In this document: positions 27,821-37,610 of the stretch, piece by piece
How the letters are laid out: every line of letters starts with the position of its first letter
Position numbering within the stretch: position 1 is the first letter of the stretch
NCBI GenBank assembly: GCA_965207135.1
Contig: OZ242272.1
Span: 2,682,275 to 2,746,274 of the forward strand
DNA from: Chloroflexota bacterium
GTDB taxonomy: Bacteria > Chloroflexota > UBA11872 > VXOZ01
Direction: 5' to 3'
DNA length: 64,000 nucleotides
The notes under the pieces: generated by a model
Databases searched by the model: none
Seen by the model: only the letters and a program-made list of their open reading frames with translations
What the model was told of the DNA's origin: nothing
Translations under genes and position numbers: made by a program

Positions 27821-29230
27821 ATGGATCGTCCAAACATAATACTCATTACCACTGACGAACAACGTTGGGACACGCTTGGCTGTTACGGCAACCAGAAGGT
27901 GAAGACTCCAACGCTGGATGCCCTAGCGGCAAAGGGTACCCTCTTCGCCAAAGCCTACAACCAAAATCCCGTCTGCATCCCGGCGCGCGCCTGCCTCCAA
28001 ACCGGCCGCTACACCCACCAGCACGGCGTCAGCTACATGGAAGCGGCCGTCGACAGCACCCCCGGCCTGCCGCCGTGGGAACGCACCTTTATGGAGGAGC
28101 TGCAGGACGCCGGGTACGTTACTGCCGCCTTTGGCAAGATACACATGATGCCGCCGAAAGGCTATAACGAGACGCAACTTACCGGCGGTAAGGGTTCGCG
28201 CTGGACGCAATCGTACGGTTCGCCGTTGGGACCTGGGCCGTTAGGCCCTGTGTACGCGCGGTGGCTGGACTCGGTGCATCCCGGCGGCTATGAACTCATT
28301 TACGAACAGCGCCGCGAACCCGAATATCGCAAGTACATGACCGCCATCACCAATGTCCTGCCGCTGGAAGAGTATATCGACACCTGGATCACGGAGAACA
28401 CCCGCGAGTTTGTCTCCCGCGACCACGATCAACCCTTCTTCGCCTGGTGTGGCATTTGCGGGCCTCACGGCCCCTTTGACCCGCCACAACCGTATGACAG
28501 CATGTACCCATCCGATTTCGTGGACGTCTCACCTACGTACCTGGCGGATGATAGCGACAAGCCCAAGCATCTGCAGAACGGGGGCGGCCGCTTTGCCAAA
28601 GAGCCGGATGACAGCCTGATCCGGCGCGTGACGGCCTTCTACTGGGGGCTTTGCACGTACATTGACGACATGATGGAACGGCTCTTCCAGACACTCGAGG
28701 AGTGCGGCAAAGCGGACAACACCCTCATCATCTTCACCAGCGACCACGGCGACCACATGGGCGATTGGTCTCGCGGCGGCAAGGGGACGTTTTGGGAAGG
28801 CTCCGCGCGCGTGCCGTTCATCGTCGTGCCGCCGGCAGACTTGCCCCGCGTGCCCAACGTGGATGGCGTCATCGGCACCTTTCAGGTCGCGCCGACCATC
28901 CTAGACTATGCCGGCGTGGAAATACCACGGGAGATGCAGGCGACCAGCCTCAAGTCCGTGGTGGAAGGCGCCGAGGACGCCCCGGGCTTCGCGCTCTGCG
29001 AGTACGAAGACAACAACCAGGCCGTGCGCGGCAAATCGATCACTACGAACCGCTACAAGTACGCTTTCTGGAACACGGAAGACGGCCAGGAACTCTACGA
29101 CATGGAGAGCGATCCCTTGGAGAAGCGCAATCTCGCCCGCGACCCAGGTTCACAAGACCTCGTGCGCCAGCACAAGGAAATGCTGCTCCAGCACCTGCTC
29201 GATAGCGAGAGACCGATACGCCGCTGGTAA
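27821..29230 (+). CDS. Sulfatase (formylglycine-dependent arylsulfatase family)
   Basis: PNIILITTDEQR, then the CxPxR signature in NPVCIPARACLQTGRY. FTSDHGDHMGD. Confidence 0.9.
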   Translation: MDRPNIILITTDEQRWDTLGCYGNQKVKTPTLDALAAKGTLFAKAYNQNPVCIPARACLQTGRYTHQHGVSYMEAAVDSTPGLPPWERTFMEELQDAGYVTAAFGKIHMMPPKGYNETQLTGGKGSRWTQSYGSPLGPGPLGPVYARWLDSVHPGGYELIYEQRREPEYRKYMTAITNVLPLEEYIDTWITENTREFVSRDHDQPFFAWCGICGPHGPFDPPQPYDSMYPSDFVDVSPTYLADDSDKPKHLQNGGGRFAKEPDDSLIRRVTAFYWGLCTYIDDMMERLFQTLEECGKADNTLIIFTSDHGDHMGDWSRGGKGTFWEGSARVPFIVVPPADLPRVPNVDGVIGTFQVAPTILDYAGVEIPREMQATSLKSVVEGAEDAPGFALCEYEDNNQAVRGKSITTNRYKYAFWNTEDGQELYDMESDPLEKRNLARDPGSQDLVRQHKEMLLQHLLDSERPIRRW

Positions 29231-29322
29231 GCGATGGGTGCGCCAAGAATAGGCGCCGCTGCAAGCTAGGTATTCAGACAGCCGCAACTAGTGCCGCAGC
29301 GAAAATAACAAATCAAGAATCT

Positions 29323-29352
29323 AAGAGGGGCGCACGATTGTGCGCCCCTCTT
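29323..29352. terminator. Strong GC hairpin between convergent sulfatase and proX genes (bidirectional terminator candidate)
   Basis: AAGAGGGGCGCAC-GATT-GTGCGCCCCTCTT, a 13-bp perfect stem. T-rich flank only on the minus-strand reading. Confidence 0.6.
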
Positions 29353-29436
29353 GCCTTGCGGCTATTGCCGAATTCTACGTTCCGCTTAGAAGAACATCAT
29401 CCCTCTTTGCGAAAGACGCTGTAGCCACTAAGGCGA

Positions 29437-30498
29437 TTACTCGGCTGCCAAGGCGGCGGCAATCTTCTCAGCGGCGTCGGCGGTTACCCACTCGCGCCAA
29501 GAGTCATTGTTCTGCAGCCACCAGATCGCGACATCGGCGTACTCAGCGCCCGTCTCCGAGAAGTAGGTCTCGGCCTGCCGTTGGTTATCGAAGTTCCAAT
29601 TCCACTTCCCGAGCAGTTCGACCACGTCGGGAGCGGAATCCTTGATCTCCGTATTGACAGCGATCACGACTTCGGCCACGGGATAGGCGCAGGCATTACC
29701 AGCCGCCCAGCATTCCTCGTTATACTCCGGCTCTTCAAGGAAGTAGTAGCCACCGAGTTCGGTCTCCATCTCAAATGAAAACGTCGTCGGGCCCCAGTAG
29801 TAAAAGAGCACGGGCTCTTTCTTAAGGAATGACGCGCGAATCTCGCTCTGCAAAGTCGAATCCGCGCCGGGATTAACCAACTCTACAAAGTCCGACAGAC
29901 CGTAGGCTTCGACCTGCGCGGCGTTCACTCCCTCGCACGCCCAGCCAGGCGGGCACGTAATCAGACGCGCCTTACCATTCGAATCCGGCGTTACGAAGAG
30001 CTCCATGTGGTCTTTGAGGTCTTCCACCGTGCGCAAGTTGGGATTTTCGTCCGCAACATACTGTGGAATGATGAAGGCAGACTGCCAGTTGTCCTCCAGG
30101 CTCTTACCCACGACTTCAACGGTGCCTTCTTCTAGCGCCAGCAAGAAAGGCTCTTCCTGGTTTGGCAGCCAGATCTCCATCGTGACGTTCACGTCGCCGG
30201 CACGCAAGGCGACCAGCATCGGCAGGGTGTCGCCATAGATCGCGTCGGTCTCGTAGCCATACCCATTCTCAATTAGGTAGCGTACTACCGCGTTCTGGAT
30301 TTGCGCGCTATCCCAACTCAGGTCGGAAAAGATGATGGTCGGCTTCTCCATCATTTCCGCTTCTTCGGCCTTTTCCTCCATCTTCGCTTCGCCGTCGGCA
30401 GGCGCCACCTCTGCAGTGGCGCAGGCGCTCAGCGTAAGCATCAAGGCCAGCATCAAGGCCAGCATGCCGCCTAGTATCTTCCAAGATCGTATTCTCAT
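29437..30498 (-). CDS. proX: Glycine betaine/proline betaine ABC transporter substrate-binding lipoprotein
   Basis: Start placed at MRIRSWKILGG. Lipobox LTLSAC. OpuAC-type body. It is the last gene of the proV-proW-proX order. Confidence 0.8.
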   Translation of the reverse strand: MRIRSWKILGGMLALMLALMLTLSACATAEVAPADGEAKMEEKAEEAEMMEKPTIIFSDLSWDSAQIQNAVVRYLIENGYGYETDAIYGDTLPMLVALRAGDVNVTMEIWLPNQEEPFLLALEEGTVEVVGKSLEDNWQSAFIIPQYVADENPNLRTVEDLKDHMELFVTPDSNGKARLITCPPGWACEGVNAAQVEAYGLSDFVELVNPGADSTLQSEIRASFLKKEPVLFYYWGPTTFSFEMETELGGYYFLEEPEYNEECWAAGNACAYPVAEVVIAVNTEIKDSAPDVVELLGKWNWNFDNQRQAETYFSETGAEYADVAIWWLQNNDSWREWVTADAAEKIAAALAAE

Positions 30499-30594
30499 AA
30501 CGTTGGGAACCTCCCAATTCCTCTTATAACGTCCTGAAACACTAATGACAGAATACACTTGATCTGTCAATCTACCGCTAAACAATGAGACACA

Positions 30595-31596
30595 CTACAT
30601 CCGCAACGCCTCTTGGCGACTCTTGGCCCAAGCCTGCGTAATGCGGTCGATAATGATTGCCAGGAATACAATCCCCAGCCCGCCCAGCAGCGCTTCCCCT
30701 GGCCGCGCTCGCGCCAGCGCCCGCTGCACGTCTTCGCCCAGACCGCCGGCGCCAACGAGCGAAGCGATGACCATCATTGCCAGCGCCATCATCGTAGTCT
30801 GATTGATGCCGGCCATGATCGTCGGCAGCGCCATTGGCAACTGCACCTTGAAGAGAAGTTGGCGTGGTGTCGTGCCAAACGAGCGCGCGGCCTCAACCAC
30901 CTGCGGGCTCACCTCACGGATGCCAAGGCTGGTAAACCGAATCGTCGGCGGCACCGCATAGATAATTGTGGCAAAGACGGCGGGCACGTTGCCGATGCCG
31001 AAGAACATGACCACGGGCACCAGGTAGACGAATGACGGCATGGTCTGCATGCCGTCGAGCAGCGGCTTAAGTACCGCATCGAAGTTGTTGCTGCGCGCGG
31101 ACAGCACTCCGATAGGGATACCGACGACGATGGAGAGAATGACCGAGACGACGATCAGCGCCATCGTCTCCATTGCGCTCTCCCACAGTCCGAACACGCC
31201 GGTAGTAAGCAGAGCAACCACGGCAAAGGCCGAAAACTTCCAACCGACCGTGACCCAGGCAAGCAGAGCCGCACCGACGATCACCACTGGCCACGGCGTC
31301 CAAAGAAACGCCGTCTCGATCAAAAGCAAGAAGCGCAGCACCGCGTCGGAGACGAGATCGAACACCGGCCCCCAAGCGACGGTGATGGCTTCCACTCCCT
31401 CATTGATCCAGCGGCTAATGCCGCGACTCCAGTCGAGAGGAAACTCGGTCCTGGGACCCCACACCAACACCATCACGAGGAAGAACGCAAGAAATCCGCC
31501 AAGAACGAGCACAGCCTTGGAAGGTCCAGCCGCGCCATTGCGTGTCGCCTCGCGAATCTCGTTGGTCGTTTCTTTCAAACGCGTCATTACTGCCAT
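30595..31596 (-). CDS. proW: Glycine betaine/proline ABC transporter permease
   Basis: 333 aa. BPD_transp_1 EAA-like loop (EAARSFGTTPRQLLFKVQLPMALPTIMAG). Confidence 0.85.
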   Translation of the reverse strand: MAVMTRLKETTNEIREATRNGAAGPSKAVLVLGGFLAFFLVMVLVWGPRTEFPLDWSRGISRWINEGVEAITVAWGPVFDLVSDAVLRFLLLIETAFLWTPWPVVIVGAALLAWVTVGWKFSAFAVVALLTTGVFGLWESAMETMALIVVSVILSIVVGIPIGVLSARSNNFDAVLKPLLDGMQTMPSFVYLVPVVMFFGIGNVPAVFATIIYAVPPTIRFTSLGIREVSPQVVEAARSFGTTPRQLLFKVQLPMALPTIMAGINQTTMMALAMMVIASLVGAGGLGEDVQRALARARPGEALLGGLGIVFLAIIIDRITQAWAKSRQEALRM

Positions 31597-31608
31597 ATCA
31601 CGTTCCGG

Positions 31609-32859
31609 CTACACGCCGGCCTCCACGCGCTCTTCTGAGAAAAATGTTCGCGCCAGCGCATCGCGTTCGACGTTCCCAACCAGTCTTCCCCTTTCGTCCA
31701 CCACGGGAATCCAACCATCGTTGGACCAGGCTTGGGAAAGTGCGTCTTCAATACTCAAGCTGGCAAGCACCGGCTCACACCGGCGGGACACAGCGCGCTC
31801 GATGGTGGCATCACCGCTGTCAGCAGCCTGCCGTGCGCCGGCGCGGGTGATTTCGCCCGCATAGACGCCCTCCGCCGATGAGACAAAGGCCCGATCGGCC
31901 CCATCTGCATCCAGCGCGGCCAGCGCATCGCTTGGACTTGTCGCCACGCTCAACTGGACCGCGCATGACTCCTTGATGTAGCCCACGGTAACAATTGAGC
32001 AGGTTCGGACGTCCTGGGTGAAGTCTGCCACGTAGTCGTCGGCCGGATTCGCCAAAATTTCCTCGGGCGTCCCGATCTGCACGATGGCGCCGTCGCGCAT
32101 AATGGCGATGCGGCTGCCCAGCTTGGTGGCCTCGGCCAGATCGTGGGTGATGAAGATGATGGTCTTGTGCATCTGCTCTTGCAGGCGGATGAGCTCATCC
32201 TGCATATCCCGCCGAATGAGAGGGTCCAGTGCACTGAAGGGCTCATCCATGAGCAGAATTTCGGGATCGCAGGCCAGCGCGCGCGCAAGTCCGACCCGCT
32301 GTTGCATGCCGCCGCTGAGGGCCGAAGCGTGGTATTCTTCCCAGCCGTCCAGCCCGACTACGCGCAGCAATTCAGCCGCTCGCGCGCGCCGATCTTCACG
32401 GGGCACCCCTTGCACTTCCAGGCCCCAGGCCACGTTATCGATCACCGTACGGTGCGGCAACAGACCAAAGTACTGAAAGACCATGCCCGTCTTCTGACGG
32501 CGCGCTTCCGTAAGCTCTTCCTCAGTGAGACTGAGAAGGTCCTCGCCGTCTATGATGACCTGGCCGGTCGTCGGCTCGATGAGGCGGATCAGACAACGCA
32601 CCAGCGTCGATTTGCCGCTGCCGGAAAGGCCCATGACGACAAAGGTCTCGCCCTGACGGACGTCGAAGCTCACGTCGTGCAACGCCAGCACGGAGTCCAG
32701 CTCGTCCTGGACCTCGTCCTTGGTCTTATCCTTAAGCGTTTCCCCCACGTCAGAGTCGGCGGCCGGGCCGAACACCTTCCACAGACCGCGCACGCTTACG
32801 CGCACCTGGCCGTTGGCAGGCGCTTCGGGCGCCGGCGAAACATCATTCGCTTGGCTCAT
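31609..32859 (-). CDS. proV: Glycine betaine/proline ABC transporter ATP-binding protein with C-terminal CBS pair
   Basis: Walker [10 protein letters not shown], signature [15 protein letters not shown], Walker [13 protein letters not shown]. About 130-aa C-terminal CBS-like region. Confidence 0.9.
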   Translation of the reverse strand: MSQANDVSPAPEAPANGQVRVSVRGLWKVFGPAADSDVGETLKDKTKDEVQDELDSVLALHDVSFDVRQGETFVVMGLSGSGKSTLVRCLIRLIEPTTGQVIIDGEDLLSLTEEELTEARRQKTGMVFQYFGLLPHRTVIDNVAWGLEVQGVPREDRRARAAELLRVVGLDGWEEYHASALSGGMQQRVGLARALACDPEILLMDEPFSALDPLIRRDMQDELIRLQEQMHKTIIFITHDLAEATKLGSRIAIMRDGAIVQIGTPEEILANPADDYVADFTQDVRTCSIVTVGYIKESCAVQLSVATSPSDALAALDADGADRAFVSSAEGVYAGEITRAGARQAADSGDATIERAVSRRCEPVLASLSIEDALSQAWSNDGWIPVVDERGRLVGNVERDALARTFFSEERVEAGV

Positions 32860-33132
32860 GACTACTCTTCATCCTCCCCTGAAGGTATCGGCAGCAATTT
32901 GCCGCGGATCGAAGCAATGCAGCTTCAGGATCGCAACATCCTACCCCACAGTAGCCATAGTCAGGGTACCAAGCTGGTATGCCCCTTGCAAGCCTTTTAA
33001 GCCAAAACTCACCCATTAGTCGTTCCGTCAATGCTAGAGGCAGCGGCTTCTCCATTGACCATGGGGCGCGAATAGAGTAATACTGATGACGACGGAACGA
33101 CTTACGCCAACGACAGCAAAAGGAGCACATCC

Positions 33133-33369
33133 ATGGCCGAGAAGCAGCGGCTCAGCATCGAATACTGCACCTCGTGAGGCTACCTCCCGAAAGCCGTCAG
33201 TTTGACGGAACAAGTGCTGGATAAACACGAACAGAACATCGAGAGCCTAGAGCTCATCCCCTCCGGCGGCGGTGCCTTCGAGGTGACCCTCAACAACAAC
33301 GTCATCTTCTCCAAACACCAAGAGGGGCGCTTCCCCGATCACGAAGAGGTGCTCAAACACCTAAGCTAA
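33133..33369 (+). CDS. selW: SelW-like (Rdx family) protein with CxxU motif; in-frame TGA at 33175-33177
   Basis: AAAGGAG lies 7 nt before the ATG. Translation is MAEKQRLSIEYCTS[TGA]GYLPKAVSLTEQVLDKHEQNIESLELIPSGGGAFEVTLNNNVIFSKHQEGRFPDHEEVLKHLS. IEYC-x-x-U, GGxFEV and GRFP are the Rdx/SelW hallmarks. Not in the ORF track because of the TGA. Confidence 0.7.
33194..33208 (+). other. Candidate SECIS hairpin for the SelW-like gene
   Basis: CCGUCA-GUU-UGACGG. It starts 16 nt after the TGA. The stem is short (6 bp), so support is weak. Confidence 0.3.
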
Positions 33370-33451
33370 ATCCAACATACCAGCTAAGTGATTGCATCCC
33401 TCGCAAGCATCCTGAGACACTAAGCGATACTACCGAGCGCAGCGTCAAGGA

Positions 33452-35251
33452 TTGCTTGTGGAGGGACTTTTCTTAACTTTCATGATTGACCCCATTCAGT
33501 CTTTAGCATTCTCCATGCACTCCAATCCAGGCGTGTATGCTCTCCTGCTTGGATCGGGCGTATCTAGGTCTGCGCAAATTCCAACGGGCTGGGAGATAAC
33601 GCTAGACCTGATTCGGAAGCTGGCAGCGGCATCGAATGAGTCGGCCGAGCCTGACCCCGAACGGTGGTTTCAGGAAAAGTGTGGGGAACCGCCGGACTAC
33701 TCAAAGCTTCTCAACGAGCTAGCCAAGACGCCAGCCGAGCGGCAGCAATTGCTGCGTCCATACTTCGAGCCAAACGAGCAGGAACGAGAAGAAGGCGCGA
33801 AAAAGCCTACAGCCGCGCACCGAGCTATTGCCCAACTAGTCGCCAAAGGCTATATCAGAATCATTATCACGACGAATTTTGATCGTTTAATCGAAAAGGC
33901 CTTAGAAGACGTAGGGATTGCAGCTACAGTTCTGAGTTCCCCGGATGATGTTCGGGGCGCGCCCCCGCTTATCCACATGTCATGCTGCGTTCTCAAACTT
34001 CACGGCGACTATCTCGACACGCGCATTCGTAATACGCCCACTGAACTTGATACCTACCCAGAGGAATTTGAGCAACTCCTTGATCGCATTCTTGACGAGT
34101 TTGGACTCATCGTATGTGGCTGGTCCGCGGCGTGGGATACGGCTTTGTACAAAGCGCTTTTGGACGCCCCATCCCGACGCTACACAACCTATTGGGCAGT
34201 ACACAAGGAAGTTAGTGGTCAGGCACGACAGGTTATCAAACGTCATTGTGCCGAGGAAATCCCAATTGATGGTGCCGACGGATTTTTAAAGGCCGTCCAT
34301 CAGCAAGTCGAGTCTCTCGAACAATCCTCGCAACCCAAGCCCATTACCTCAGAGATTGCGATCAAGCGCTTAGAGCCGTATCTTTCCGAGCCGCGATACC
34401 GAATACAGCTGTCAAAGCTCATAAAGGAGAACGTAGATCAAGTAGTCGAGGAAACTTCCGGCCAAGACTTCGGCATGCAAGATCCCAATCCTGGCGAGAA
34501 TCTTGTAACGACACTTGTCCACGCCTACGAAACTGCCTGCTCAACCCTCCTCGCTATGGCAACGGTTGGAGGCCGTTGGGCGGAAGAATACCATTGGGAT
34601 GTCTGGCAAGAAGCGTTGGAGCGTCTCGCAACGGTTTCTAACATTAGAGGACACGGGATTTTGCCTAATTTGCGCTTCTATCCAGCCACTCTGTTGCTCT
34701 ATGCATTGGGCTTGGGAGCAGTCGCGTCCGAGCGGCTTGAATTCCTTGGTCACATCTTTTGCGCTCGGGTTCGCCAGGAAGGTGGCAATGTGTGGCCTGC
34801 TGTCTTCCAACTTCCACGAATCGCACTGTCAGATTCGGACGCGAGAAGTCACTTGATCGGGATGGAAAAACGCTTGGCGCCATTTAGCGACTGGATACAT
34901 GATAAGCTGCGAAAGCACACGAAAAGCGTCATTCCCGACGACCAGTATACATTCGACTTCGACAAGCTCGAGATATTGATCGCATTGGGGTACGCACACC
35001 ACTCCAACAAAATATTAGGAAGCTACATTACTCCTATCGGCGCATTCGGATACCGCGGTGAGAACACCATACGAATTGTAAGGGACATCGAGGCGTCTAT
35101 CCGGACGCACAGTCACAATTCACCTTACGTCAGATCCGGAATCTTTGGCGATACTGCGAGTGATTGCCAACAGAATACTGAAAGGTTTAAAGACGAGTGC
35201 AATAACCTGCCGCCGTTTTGGTATCGCTATAGTGATTCGACGTGGATATGA
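33452..35251 (+). CDS. SIR2-family (SIR2_2-type, defence-associated sirtuin-like) protein with an uncharacterised ~300-aa helical C-terminal domain
   Basis: N-terminal domain motifs YALLLGSGVSRSAQIPTGWE (NAD-binding glycine loop), IIITTNFDRLIE (Asn/Asp) and VLKLHGDY (catalytic His). No P-loop anywhere. An alternative ATG start lies at 33482. The local GC is clearly lower than the flanks. Confidence 0.8.
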   Translation: MLVEGLFLTFMIDPIQSLAFSMHSNPGVYALLLGSGVSRSAQIPTGWEITLDLIRKLAAASNESAEPDPERWFQEKCGEPPDYSKLLNELAKTPAERQQLLRPYFEPNEQEREEGAKKPTAAHRAIAQLVAKGYIRIIITTNFDRLIEKALEDVGIAATVLSSPDDVRGAPPLIHMSCCVLKLHGDYLDTRIRNTPTELDTYPEEFEQLLDRILDEFGLIVCGWSAAWDTALYKALLDAPSRRYTTYWAVHKEVSGQARQVIKRHCAEEIPIDGADGFLKAVHQQVESLEQSSQPKPITSEIAIKRLEPYLSEPRYRIQLSKLIKENVDQVVEETSGQDFGMQDPNPGENLVTTLVHAYETACSTLLAMATVGGRWAEEYHWDVWQEALERLATVSNIRGHGILPNLRFYPATLLLYALGLGAVASERLEFLGHIFCARVRQEGGNVWPAVFQLPRIALSDSDARSHLIGMEKRLAPFSDWIHDKLRKHTKSVIPDDQYTFDFDKLEILIALGYAHHSNKILGSYITPIGAFGYRGENTIRIVRDIEASIRTHSHNSPYVRSGIFGDTASDCQQNTERFKDECNNLPPFWYRYSDSTWI

Positions 35252-35395
35252 CCGACACGTAACGTATACGGCAGGCAATCTCAGTGAGAATACAAGCGAT
35301 ACCTGGCGCTGAATTGCATCTGTTACGAGAGAACGAGAGACGGGCTTGCCGCTTCCTTCTCGTCCTCGGCAGAATCTCTGCTCAAGGAAGGCATT

Positions 35396-37381
35396 ATGGA
35401 GAAAGCCGCACACGGTAGCGACCAAGAGGTGACTGCTGCTTGCCGCCAGGTCGCCGATCGGGCTCGTCGGGCGAGCAATTCCGGCGACCATGAACGGGCC
35501 ATCGCCTACTATAATGACGCGATCTTCCTCAAGCCAGACTATGCATTAGCCTGGAACAATCGGGGTCTTGAGAAGTCCAAGCTTGGCAGGTATGAGGAGG
35601 CTATTGCCGACCATAGTCAAGCTATTCACCTGAAGCCAGGCTATTTCGAAGCCTTCTACTGTCGAGGCTGGGCAAAGGCCGAGCTTGGCAGCTATGAGGA
35701 CGCCATCGCTGACTATGATCAGGCGACCCGAATCAAATCTGATTCAGCCGACCTCTACATCCATCGAGGCAATGCCAAGTTCACGCTTCGTCGCTATCAG
35801 GACGCTGTTGCCGACTATGATAGAGCGATCCACTATAACCCAGAAAATGCTTCTGCCTATAGGTATCGGAGCATTGCAAAGAAGTGGCTCGGTCTCAATG
35901 ACGAGGCCACCACCGACTATGCCTTAGCCTACTTCTGGAAGGGCGATGGCGAAAGCAAGGCTGGCCGCCATAAGGAGGCTATATCGGACTACGACGAGGC
36001 GATCCGCCGTTGGCCTTATCATGCTCAAGCGTTTGTCATGCGAGGGGTTGCAAAGGACGAGCTTGGCAACCATGAGGAAGCCATCTCCGACTACGATCAA
36101 GCGATCCGGATCGAGCCGGACAATTCTAATGCTTACAATAAGCGGGGGGATGCAAAGAGCAACCTCGGCCGCTATGAAGATGCTGTCGCCGACTACGATC
36201 AGGCGATCCGTCTCAAGCCAGACTACTATGAAGCCTTTTGCAGTCGCGGTTATGCAAATGGAGAACTTGGTCGCCACCAGGACGCCATCGCTGACTATAG
36301 TCAAGCGATCGGTCTCAAGCCGTATAATGCCACAGTATTTGTTAAGCGGGGTGATGCGAAGAGCAACCTCGGCCGCCATGAGGAAGCTATCCTTGACTAT
36401 GATCAGGCGATCTCATTGGATTGGGAGAGGGATCCGGAAACCTACTTCAAGCGGGGCAACGCAAACAGCAATCTTGGACGACGTAGGGACGCCCTCCTCG
36501 ACCATGCTATGTTCTACGCCTTGCGGGGTAGAACAAAATACCGGCCTGGCAAATATGGGGACGCTATCGCTGACTTAGACCAAGCGATCCGTCTTTGGCC
36601 GCATCACGCCGATTTCTTTGTCTCGCGGGGCAATGCATGGAAAGAGCTTGATCGCCACGAAAGAGCTATCGCCGACTACGACCGGGCGATCCGCCTCGCG
36701 CCGGACGACGCCATGGCCTACAGTGAGCGAAGTATTGTAAATGTGAACCTTGACCGCCATGAGGAGGCCATCGCCGACTATGACCAGTTGATCCGCCTGC
36801 AACCGGACGATAGTCGTCCTTACTCCGAGCGGGGAGATGCCAAGAGTAAGCTCGGCCGCTATGAGGAGGCTATTGACGACTATGACCAGGCGATCCGGCT
36901 CAGGCCAGACTATGCTCTCACTTACTCTAAGCGGGGTGATGCGAATAGCAAGCTCGGCCGCTATAAAGAGGCTATAACCGACTATGACCAAGCGATCCAT
37001 CTACGTTTGGACGATTTTTGGACCCACCCCGGCTCAGACTACTCCAAGCGGGGAGATACGAACAGCAAGCTTGGTCGCCATGAGGAAGCTCTTGCCGACT
37101 ATGAGCAAGCGGTTCTCTTTGACCCAGATAACGCCTTATACTTCTACAACCGGGGGGAGGCTAATTTTACCTTAGGTAGGATCGGAGACGGACTGTCCGA
37201 TCTTAAGTCTGCGCTTCGCCTAATAGAGCAGAAGCTAGAAGAGATTCGTAACGCCAGTATTAAGCCTAAGGGTCAGGCGTGGCGGGTAGCGCGTCAACGA
37301 GAAGAAGACGCCTTTCACGATAGACTCATAGCCTCTATCAAGAAGAGGATTCAGACACTTGACAAGGCTGATGCGGAATGA
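35396..37381 (+). CDS. Tetratricopeptide-repeat (TPR) protein, at least 15 near-consensus 34-aa repeats
   Basis: 661 aa. The unit ...RG.AKS.LGRYEEAIADYDQAIRLKPDY..A... recurs with 102-nt periodicity that is also visible at DNA level. AAGGAAGG precedes the ATG. Lies 144 nt downstream of the SIR2 gene. Confidence 0.9.
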   Translation: MEKAAHGSDQEVTAACRQVADRARRASNSGDHERAIAYYNDAIFLKPDYALAWNNRGLEKSKLGRYEEAIADHSQAIHLKPGYFEAFYCRGWAKAELGSYEDAIADYDQATRIKSDSADLYIHRGNAKFTLRRYQDAVADYDRAIHYNPENASAYRYRSIAKKWLGLNDEATTDYALAYFWKGDGESKAGRHKEAISDYDEAIRRWPYHAQAFVMRGVAKDELGNHEEAISDYDQAIRIEPDNSNAYNKRGDAKSNLGRYEDAVADYDQAIRLKPDYYEAFCSRGYANGELGRHQDAIADYSQAIGLKPYNATVFVKRGDAKSNLGRHEEAILDYDQAISLDWERDPETYFKRGNANSNLGRRRDALLDHAMFYALRGRTKYRPGKYGDAIADLDQAIRLWPHHADFFVSRGNAWKELDRHERAIADYDRAIRLAPDDAMAYSERSIVNVNLDRHEEAIADYDQLIRLQPDDSRPYSERGDAKSKLGRYEEAIDDYDQAIRLRPDYALTYSKRGDANSKLGRYKEAITDYDQAIHLRLDDFWTHPGSDYSKRGDTNSKLGRHEEALADYEQAVLFDPDNALYFYNRGEANFTLGRIGDGLSDLKSALRLIEQKLEEIRNASIKPKGQAWRVARQREEDAFHDRLIASIKKRIQTLDKADAE

Positions 37382-37584
37382 ACAGCAGCCACCAAGAGTC
37401 GCGCCACGAATATCCCCGTACGCCTTTTGACAGACAGTATGATTACCACTGCCGCCAATACATCCGCGACAACCCGGCGCGCTGGAGATTCGATCGGGAG
37501 AACCATTGGCAGCGCCACACGCACCAGAGAATTTGTGACCGCCTCTGCGGGAGCCAACGCCGAACGGGGCACCTGCTTGCCTGA
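37378..37584 (+). CDS. Possible small His/Arg/Gln/Cys-rich protein (68 aa), hypothetical
   Basis: The ATG overlaps the TPR stop (ATGA). Third-codon positions are mostly G/C in this frame. No recognisable motif. Confidence 0.25.
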   Translation: MNSSHQESRHEYPRTPFDRQYDYHCRQYIRDNPARWRFDRENHWQRHTHQRICDRLCGSQRRTGHLLA

Positions 37585-37610
37585 CCGTCCGGTGCCAAAG
37601 GAGTCTTCAT

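Noticed and set aside
33034-33228. A 64-aa minus-strand ORF.
   Set aside because: It overlaps the start of the far better supported SelW-like gene on the plus strand and has no motif.
35396-37381. Regular ~102-bp DNA periodicity that could be mistaken for a CRISPR-like or satellite array.
   Set aside because: The periodicity is exactly 34 codons in one long open frame encoding canonical TPR helices. There is no repeat-spacer structure.
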